Shown here piece by piece: positions 57,698 through 64,000 of a stretch of DNA of 64,000 nucleotides (the stretch's first letter is position 1; every line of letters begins with the position of its first letter). Where the stretch lies: assembly GCA_963727525.1 (NCBI GenBank), contig CAVSGO010000007.1, forward strand, positions 448,001-512,000, read 5' to 3'. The notes beneath the pieces are model-generated. The model saw only the letters and a program-made list of their open reading frames with translations, had not been told where the DNA came from and made no database searches. The DNA is from an uncultured bacterium. Its GTDB lineage: Bacteria; Krumholzibacteriota; Krumholzibacteriia; LZORAL124-64-63. A program made the translations under genes and the position numbers.

Positions 57698-60600
57698 ATG
57701 GCAACCTCCGACCGCCGCGCCCGTTGCCCGTTTTCCATTGCTGGTCGCGCGTTCCTCGTTCTCCTCATCGCCGCTATGGTGGCGACCACCCTGGCGCGCC
57801 CGGTGCGGCCCGCGCCGCCGTCCAGGCTCCCGGTCGACGCGGTTCCCCGCTATGTCGACAAGTTCCGCCCGCTGCAGGACGACGGTTCGACCGGTCTGCA
57901 GCAGCGGCGACTCGCCGGCGAAAAGGCGCCGGCGATGTTGCACGCCATCGTCCTGATGTGCGACTTCGCCGACAGCGCCTTCTACGGGCGTCCGGGTCTC
58001 TCGCCGGAGGCACCGGCGACATCGACTCAGAGCGATTTCTACTACGCCACGCACGATTCCCTGTACTACGCCCACCAGATGCGAGACGTCAGCGACTACT
58101 TCACGGCCGTCAGCGATGGGCAGTTCGCGCTGACGCGCGACGTCCTGGGCACCATCGTGCACCTTCCGCATCCGATGGCGTATTATGGTAACGACCCGAC
58201 CGAAGGTGAGCAGACGGTGCTGCTGGCGGCCGATGTGGTGGCCGCCGTCGATCCGCTCGTGGACTTCTCGCTCTATGACACAGTCGTGCTCATCCATGCC
58301 GGTGCCGGCGAGGAGACCGACATCCTCGACAACTCGCCCGAACAGATCTACAGCACCTATCTGGGCCCCGAAGACTTCGCGGGTGCAGTGGACGACTCGG
58401 TCCTCACCACTCCCTACATCCCGACCGACGATCAGCCGGCAGGTACCGGTGTACAGAACGTGCTCGTGCTGCCAGAGAACGAATTCCAGGATCCGTATGG
58501 CAGCTTCAAAGGCTACTTCGGATCGCTCGGTGTGTACTGCTTCGAGGTTGGGCTGCGCCTCGGCATGCTCTCGCTCAGCGACTTCACACCCTCTGGCCAT
58601 CCGGACAGCCAGGGGATCGGCGAGTTCGGCCTGATGGGCTATGGGCTCTTCGTCGGGGCCGGCTTCATTCCGCCACATCCCATTGCGTTCAACAAGCTGC
58701 TGATGGGGTGGCTCGACCCCTTCCCGGTCGACCCGACACCGGGAGCGACCTGGACCCTCGGACCAGCCGAACACACGCATGGCGCCGACGCCTGCGCGCG
58801 CGTGGACATCACGGGGCGCGAATACTGGCTGCTCGAGTATCGCCTCCAGGATCCCGATGCGAACGGCATCTTCAGCTTCACGGGAGACCTGAACGGCAAC
58901 AACGTACCCGACTTCTACGATGCGGACAGTGCCTACGGCGATGGTCGACCGACGAGTTATTTCGATCCGGCCACGGATCAACGGGAGTGGCTCACCGGAG
59001 CCGAGTGGGACTTCTTCATGAGCGAGAACACCGCGCGGCCGGACGGTGTCAAGGGTGCCGGTAGCGGTATCTACATCTGGCACGTCGACGAGGGCGTGAT
59101 CCAGGCGGCTTTCGGAGCGGCGAGCAATCTCTTCAACGCCGATGCTTCGCACAAGAGTGTGGATCTCGAGGAGGCCGACGGCATCCAGGACCTGGACACG
59201 CGGCAATCATCGCCGTGGCTCCTGGGCGGTGATTTCGACAGTTTCCGGGGCGAGGATGCGCCCGTTTTCGGGCCTGCGACGCGTCCGTCCACGGAGACGG
59301 CGAATGGTGCGCGCACCGGCATCGTGTTCGATGAGATCTCCGATGTCGCCGACTCCACCTATACCTATCACGCCGGGACGGACTCCGCCTACACCGGCCT
59401 GCACTACGCCGACGCGATGGCGTTCCGCTGCCGTCGCGCCGAAGCGTTGGTGGGCGCACCGACCCTGGCGATGACGGCGCTTCTCGACGGGATCGATCTG
59501 GGCGGATGCCAGCCTCTCGCCGCCGACCTCGATCAGGACGGGGCGGGCCAGGAGGTGCTGGCCGTGGCCGCCGATGGTGCTGTTGTGGTGCTCGATCCCC
59601 CGTCTCCAGTTCCTGTGGTGCAGTACGTCGTGGATAGCGGTGACACGGTGCGTTTCCGGCAGCCTGCCGCGGCGGGGCGTCTGGCCGGTACGCCGACGAC
59701 CGGCGGGCTCGATATCGTGGTCGCCAGCGATCGCGGCGTGCACTGGCTACGATACGAAGGTGGCGTCGTCAGCACACAGGGCACCGATCCGACGGGACTC
59801 GTCACGGCTGGCGTTTCTTGCCCGCAGCCGGCCGTGCTCTGGCCTGCCGACGGCGGGGACGGCGATGGATTCGCCGCCGAGCGCCCCGTACAGATTCGCG
59901 CCGTGGACCGCCGCGCCGATGCGGATCATCTCACGGTGGCCGACGCGACGAGCGTGATCGCGGATCTCGCCGTCCCGGGAGGGCGTATCCAGGGGCCGCT
60001 CGTGGTCGCTGGCGGCCACCTGTGGGCCGCTGCCGCGGACACGGCGGCGGGTACGGCGGTGCTCCTCGTGCAGCCGCTGACCGACCCGCAGGCCGCGCCG
60101 GCCGTGGTCCCATTGCCGCTCATGCCCGGCACGCTGCCGCTGGCCGTGACCAGGCTCGGCACCGATTTCGCGGTGGCCATCGTCGATACGGGCGGACGCG
60201 CGGCCACCGCCTGGCTGGACGAGACCACGTTGCGTGAGTCGCATCCGATTCAGCTATGGGGACGAGATCTCGAGGTGCGCTCGCCCATCGGATCGGAATT
60301 CGCGTTCGTGGGCGGGGCCGTTTGCGGGCGAGCGGCGCCGACGGGGGTCTGGTCGCTGGGCTGGCCGCTCTGGCTTGCCGACCCCGTCGAGGCGGCGACG
60401 CGAGTCGAGCGGGCCGCGGTGCCGCTGGCCTTGACGGTGAGCGGTGCCGCTGGACCGGATGTCCTCTTCGTCAGCCGCGATGGCCGCCTGTTCCGCTGTA
60501 CGGCAGGCGGCGAGGTGCGCGCGGGCTGGCCTCTCGCGGGACCGGGCGAATCGGCGGGCACACCCGTCGTGGCCGATGTGGTCGGCGATGGCGGGCTCGA

Positions 60601-61084
60601 TCTGATCACCTTCGGCGCCTTCGACCGCATCGCAGGAATCGAGGCGGGGCAACTCGTCACACGGCCGGTGTCGCGGATTGAGGTCTTCACGGGGCTGGCT
60701 GATGTGGGCGTCATTTCCGTGATGTGGTCCGGGAATCCGTGGCGGGCGGACGCCCTGCTGGCGAGCGGCGTGGCCGCCCCCGGCCCTTCGGGGGCCGCGC
60801 TCGTGGCCGGCACGCATTTCTGTTATCCGAACCCACTGCGAGCAGGCCCATTGCACGTGCGCGGTCAGGCCGGTCAGGATGGCCAGGCGCGGGCGTGGTT
60901 CTACAACCTCGAGGGGGAGGAGGTCGCCGTCTCGCCGTGGCAAGGCGTGGTGGCGGCAGCACCCTTCGAGATCACGCTGGATCTCGGTACGATCGCTTCA
61001 GGCCTGTACGTGTGCCGACTCGAGGTCGAGAGCGCGCGTGGCGGCAGCGAGACGAGTGTCAAGACCGTCGCCGTGGTGCGGTGA
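57698..61084 (+). CDS. M6-peptidase-like secreted protein lacking HEXXH, with FG-GAP-like repeats and FlgD/T9SS-type CTD
   Basis: DFAD, IHAGAGEE, LGVYCFEVGLRLGMLSLSD...GIGEFGLMGYG, EYWLLEYR, GIYIWHVDE, VDLEEADG; ADLDQDG; YPNPLR...ASGLY CTD. Confidence 0.75.
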   Translation: MATSDRRARCPFSIAGRAFLVLLIAAMVATTLARPVRPAPPSRLPVDAVPRYVDKFRPLQDDGSTGLQQRRLAGEKAPAMLHAIVLMCDFADSAFYGRPGLSPEAPATSTQSDFYYATHDSLYYAHQMRDVSDYFTAVSDGQFALTRDVLGTIVHLPHPMAYYGNDPTEGEQTVLLAADVVAAVDPLVDFSLYDTVVLIHAGAGEETDILDNSPEQIYSTYLGPEDFAGAVDDSVLTTPYIPTDDQPAGTGVQNVLVLPENEFQDPYGSFKGYFGSLGVYCFEVGLRLGMLSLSDFTPSGHPDSQGIGEFGLMGYGLFVGAGFIPPHPIAFNKLLMGWLDPFPVDPTPGATWTLGPAEHTHGADACARVDITGREYWLLEYRLQDPDANGIFSFTGDLNGNNVPDFYDADSAYGDGRPTSYFDPATDQREWLTGAEWDFFMSENTARPDGVKGAGSGIYIWHVDEGVIQAAFGAASNLFNADASHKSVDLEEADGIQDLDTRQSSPWLLGGDFDSFRGEDAPVFGPATRPSTETANGARTGIVFDEISDVADSTYTYHAGTDSAYTGLHYADAMAFRCRRAEALVGAPTLAMTALLDGIDLGGCQPLAADLDQDGAGQEVLAVAADGAVVVLDPPSPVPVVQYVVDSGDTVRFRQPAAAGRLAGTPTTGGLDIVVASDRGVHWLRYEGGVVSTQGTDPTGLVTAGVSCPQPAVLWPADGGDGDGFAAERPVQIRAVDRRADADHLTVADATSVIADLAVPGGRIQGPLVVAGGHLWAAAADTAAGTAVLLVQPLTDPQAAPAVVPLPLMPGTLPLAVTRLGTDFAVAIVDTGGRAATAWLDETTLRESHPIQLWGRDLEVRSPIGSEFAFVGGAVCGRAAPTGVWSLGWPLWLADPVEAATRVERAAVPLALTVSGAAGPDVLFVSRDGRLFRCTAGGEVRAGWPLAGPGESAGTPVVADVVGDGGLDLITFGAFDRIAGIEAGQLVTRPVSRIEVFTGLADVGVISVMWSGNPWRADALLASGVAAPGPSGAALVAGTHFCYPNPLRAGPLHVRGQAGQDGQARAWFYNLEGEEVAVSPWQGVVAAAPFEITLDLGTIASGLYVCRLEVESARGGSETSVKTVAVVR

Positions 61085-61188
61085 CGACCAAGGTTTGGTT
61101 GCCGCGCGATCCGTCGCGGCGTAGAGTTGGACGCGGGAGAATGACAACGGGCGGCGCGTTCCGACCCGGACGCGAGAGGAATGGAACC

Positions 61189-62121
61189 ATGCGGTACTCG
61201 AAGATGAAGACGCTGATGGCTAGCCTAGCTCTGGTAGTGCTAGCCGCCGGGCCGGCGCTGGCGGGACATCCCGGCGACGCGGGTTTCCTGTCCCTGCGAC
61301 TGGGTGTCGGGGCGCGTGAGGCGGCCATGGGCGGGGCTGGTGTGGCCACGACCGAGGGAGCGTCGGCGGCCTACTGGAACCCGTCGAACCTGGCCTTCCT
61401 CGATCACGGCACCTCGCTGATGCTGCAGCACCATCGCTGGCTGGGGCTGTTCGACCACAACGCGGCGGCGGTGACTCACGTGACGCCTTCGGGTGTGTTC
61501 GGCGTGCTGTTCAGCGGCCTCTATGCCGACAACATCGATCGCTACGGCACGGAGCCCGTCGGCATCCCCGAGGGGACATTCGCGCCCTACGATGTGGTGC
61601 TGGGGGTGAGCTACTCGCGTCGGATCGGTGACGATCTGGCGGTGGGGCTGCAGGCGAAGATGCTCTACGAGAAGATCGATGTTTACAGCGATACGGGCTG
61701 GGCGTTCGACCTCTTCGTCACGCACAGGGCACCGATGATCCCGGGTCTCACGTTCGCGGCCAGCGCCACGAACCTGGGAGGCCAGATGACGCTGATCGAC
61801 GTGCCGTTCGATCTGCCGCGGACGATCACGGTCGGACTCGGCTACTCGCCCGAAACGGGAATTCTCGCGCAGCGCCTCACAGTGACCGGCGAGGCGGCGT
61901 TCCTGAACGACACGAACGAGAAGGCCCACCTCGGTCTCGAGGTGAAGGTGGTGCCGGAGCTCGCGCTGCGTGCCGGCTATCGTGTGAACTACACCTCGCA
62001 GGGGCTCACGGCCGGCGCCGGTTTCCGCTACAGCAACGTGGGCGTGAACTATGCCTACGAGGACATCACCGAGAATGGTCTCGACCCCGGCCACAAGTTC
62101 TCGCTGGAGTTCCTCTTCTAG
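61189..62121 (+). CDS. PorV/PorQ family outer-membrane beta-barrel protein
   Basis: Signal peptide; FLSLRLGVGAREAAMG...AYWNPSNLA; alternating beta-strands, LRAGY, terminal HKFSLEFLF. Confidence 0.85.
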   Translation: MRYSKMKTLMASLALVVLAAGPALAGHPGDAGFLSLRLGVGAREAAMGGAGVATTEGASAAYWNPSNLAFLDHGTSLMLQHHRWLGLFDHNAAAVTHVTPSGVFGVLFSGLYADNIDRYGTEPVGIPEGTFAPYDVVLGVSYSRRIGDDLAVGLQAKMLYEKIDVYSDTGWAFDLFVTHRAPMIPGLTFAASATNLGGQMTLIDVPFDLPRTITVGLGYSPETGILAQRLTVTGEAAFLNDTNEKAHLGLEVKVVPELALRAGYRVNYTSQGLTAGAGFRYSNVGVNYAYEDITENGLDPGHKFSLEFLF

Positions 62122-62133
62122 AAGGCTCGGCGC

Positions 62134-62931
62134 TTATACGAGTGGGCGCGACACGGGCGGCGCCTGCGACCTTATCCCGGCCGGCTCGAAGACACGGCGT
62201 TCGAGCCGGCCGTTCTCGTAGATCGCATAGGTGGGCGACTCGAGCCACCCGCCCAGACCCATGAGCGAGTGCGCGCCGTGCGTGATCGTGAATGCGTGGT
62301 GGACGTGGCCCATGAGGAGCACATCCCACGGCGCGTGGCGTGCCGCGGCCTGGCGGAGGAAGCGAGTGGCCTTGGCCTCGATTCCCCGGGCCTCGTCGCG
62401 ATCGGCCATGCGGCTGTGTCCGCTGAGCCAGGTGCTGAGCGCGAAGAGCAGTTCCGGATGGATGGTCTTGGCGAGGCGGATGATCAGCGGATGGCGCACC
62501 AGCGCCCGGAACGTCCGGTAGAGCCACTCCTTGCCCAGCATCCCGTCGCCGTGCTGGCAGCGGATCCGCGTGCCGTCGACGTCGAGCGTGAAAGCCGCCC
62601 CACGCGGGTCGCAGCCATACCGGCGGGCCAGGTAGCCGGCGGCCCAGATGTCGTGATTGCCTCCCACGAAGTGGATCCGGGTGCCCGCCGCGTGGACGCG
62701 ATCGAGGGCGGAAAGAACTTTCTCGTAGCCTTTGAGCAGGAAGTGCGGATAATCGAACCAGAAGTCGAAAATGTCGCCGAGGAGCACGAGGTGCTCGGCG
62801 TGCTCGGCCATGGTGAGTAAAGCTATGAAGGCCTCCTGGCTGTCGCGTTCCCTGACGTCGGGGGTGACGTGGAAATGCGAGTCGGCCACGAAGAGAGCGC
62901 GGATCCCAATGCCATTGCTGTTGCGCGTCAT
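62134..62931 (-). CDS. lpxH: UDP-2,3-diacylglucosamine diphosphatase (LpxH-like metallophosphoesterase)
   Basis: ADSHF, LLGDIFDFW, GGNHD, HGD, MGHVH, LGGW. Confidence 0.85.
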   Translation of the reverse strand: MTRNSNGIGIRALFVADSHFHVTPDVRERDSQEAFIALLTMAEHAEHLVLLGDIFDFWFDYPHFLLKGYEKVLSALDRVHAAGTRIHFVGGNHDIWAAGYLARRYGCDPRGAAFTLDVDGTRIRCQHGDGMLGKEWLYRTFRALVRHPLIIRLAKTIHPELLFALSTWLSGHSRMADRDEARGIEAKATRFLRQAAARHAPWDVLLMGHVHHAFTITHGAHSLMGLGGWLESPTYAIYENGRLERRVFEPAGIRSQAPPVSRPLV

Positions 62932-63002
62932 GGAGCTAGATTCTTAGGGTAGTCGGCGCCATGCAGCAACCGGATTCTGGACAGAGGAAGAAGGACCAGC
63001 CC

Positions 63003-63446
63003 ATGTCACTCATGAACCGGGTGCGCAAGAACCTTCGCGAGTGGTACACGCTGGCCGCCGACCGTACAGGTGAGATGGCCAAGGTCTCTTCGCGCCGGTA
63101 TGACAAGTTCGGCCTCAGTCGCGAGATCGAGCGGCAGTTCTCGGAACTCGGGAGCTACGTGTACCACGCGATCGGCGAGGGGCGGGCGGCTTTCGCCGAT
63201 GATCCGGCCGTTGCCGGAATCGTGGCGCGTATCCAGGGGCTGGAGCGGGACCTCGAGGTGAAGGACCGCGAGATCGAGGTGATCCGGCAGACCCGGCAGC
63301 ATCGCGCTCCGGAGCCGGCCGGCGAGGGCGAGGCCCGGCCGACGGCTCCTGCGGCGGACGCCCCTTCCGCAGCACCATCGGCCGAGCCGATGGACGCGCC
63401 CGGACCGGCCGCCGATGATGATCTCGGGTCCGGGACCAAGGATTGA
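63003..63446 (+). CDS. Hypothetical coiled-coil protein
   Basis: Helical region REIERQFSELGSYVY...IQGLERDL with an acidic Pro/Ala tail; AAGGA RBS. Confidence 0.65.
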   Translation: MSLMNRVRKNLREWYTLAADRTGEMAKVSSRRYDKFGLSREIERQFSELGSYVYHAIGEGRAAFADDPAVAGIVARIQGLERDLEVKDREIEVIRQTRQHRAPEPAGEGEARPTAPAADAPSAAPSAEPMDAPGPAADDDLGSGTKD

Positions 63447-63471
63447 CATGGTCGGCTATCCCCTCTAAGAT
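63443..63471 (+). promoter_or_regulatory. sigma70-type promoter for the degP-like gene
   Basis: TTGACA-N17-TAAGAT. Confidence 0.6.
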
Positions 63472-63569
63472 GATCTCACCCCTACACGGTCGGGATGCGC
63501 CGGAAACCCACCCGACCGATACTCACCGCTTCGAGTGTGCTCCCCCACCCCACTCGCGATCGAGGATGT

Positions 63570-64000
63570 ATGCGCTCGTTTCAGCCTGGCATTGGCAGGA
63601 ACCGTCCGGCGACGCCATCGCGCATCGCGGTGCGCTCGCGCACCGGCGGGATCCTCGCGATCGCCTACGCGGCGACCCTGGTCGCCGTGATGCTGGTGCT
63701 GATTGCGAGCCAGGCCCGAGCGGCGGAACGGGCGCGGCCGGAGTCGCCGTTCGTGAGCGTGGGGCGTACGGTGCGCCCCGCAGTCGTCAACATCCGCATC
63801 ACCCGCGCCGTCAACGCCGCCGGTGTGGATCAGACGCCGTTGCAGGAGATGTACCGACGATTTTTTCCAGACAAGGCCGGTGAGGGGGGACGATTCGAGA
63901 ATCCCGGCACGGGGTCCGGCTTCGTGATCGATCCGGCGGGCGACATCCTGACGAACAACCACGTCATCGCCGGAGCTGATCGTATCTTCGTCCGCTTCTC
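63570..64000 (+). CDS. DegP/HtrA family serine protease, 5' part (runs off window)
   Basis: Manual translation: signal/TM segment, PAVVNI, GTGSGFVIDPAGDILTNNHVIAGAD; absent from the ORF track because there is no stop in the window. Confidence 0.9.
   Translation, partial: MRSFQPGIGRNRPATPSRIAVRSRTGGILAIAYAATLVAVMLVLIASQARAAERARPESPFVSVGRTVRPAVVNIRITRAVNAAGVDQTPLQEMYRRFFPDKAGEGGRFENPGTGSGFVIDPAGDILTNNHVIAGADRIFVRF

Overview
GC-rich bacterial chromosomal window; no mobile element, prophage or CRISPR array is visible. The FlgD/T9SS-type C-terminal domains, a PorV-like gene and the Bat operon suggest an FCB-group candidate lineage (inference only). Housekeeping content, left to right: heme genes hemE-hemN-hemH-hemY, an MFS transporter, ppx, tRNA-fMet, ftsB and eno; an ECF sigma/anti-sigma module; secreted hydrolases; a TPR/TonB/TolB-like trio; a GT4 and two DUF507 genes; a moxR-DUF58-bat operon; queD and an HDOD protein; two tandem M6-family proteases; tdk, btpA, rfbA/rfbB, a B3/B4 protein, ggt, an M28-PDZ peptidase, mutY, an Rrf2 regulator, rlmN and an NtrX-like regulator; and at the right end PorV-like, LpxH-like and a partial DegP. 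The most interesting part is about 49.9-57.6 kb. A small secreted pro-peptide gene with its own sigma70 promoter and terminator lies directly upstream of a 1033-aa TPR-GAF-AAA+-HTH sigma54 enhancer-binding protein that has no receiver domain. Downstream are a sigma54 promoter in front of a roughly 315-nt highly structured, apparently non-coding RNA, a second sigma54 promoter for a lipoprotein-DUF4384 operon, and a second GGA-rich structured element sharing a covarying stem with the first. This resembles an RRNPP-style peptide-signalling circuit wired to sigma54 and small RNAs, which is a hypothesis and is not demonstrated here. Also notable: an M6-like protein whose HEXXH is replaced by FEVGL, directly upstream of the PorV-like gene.
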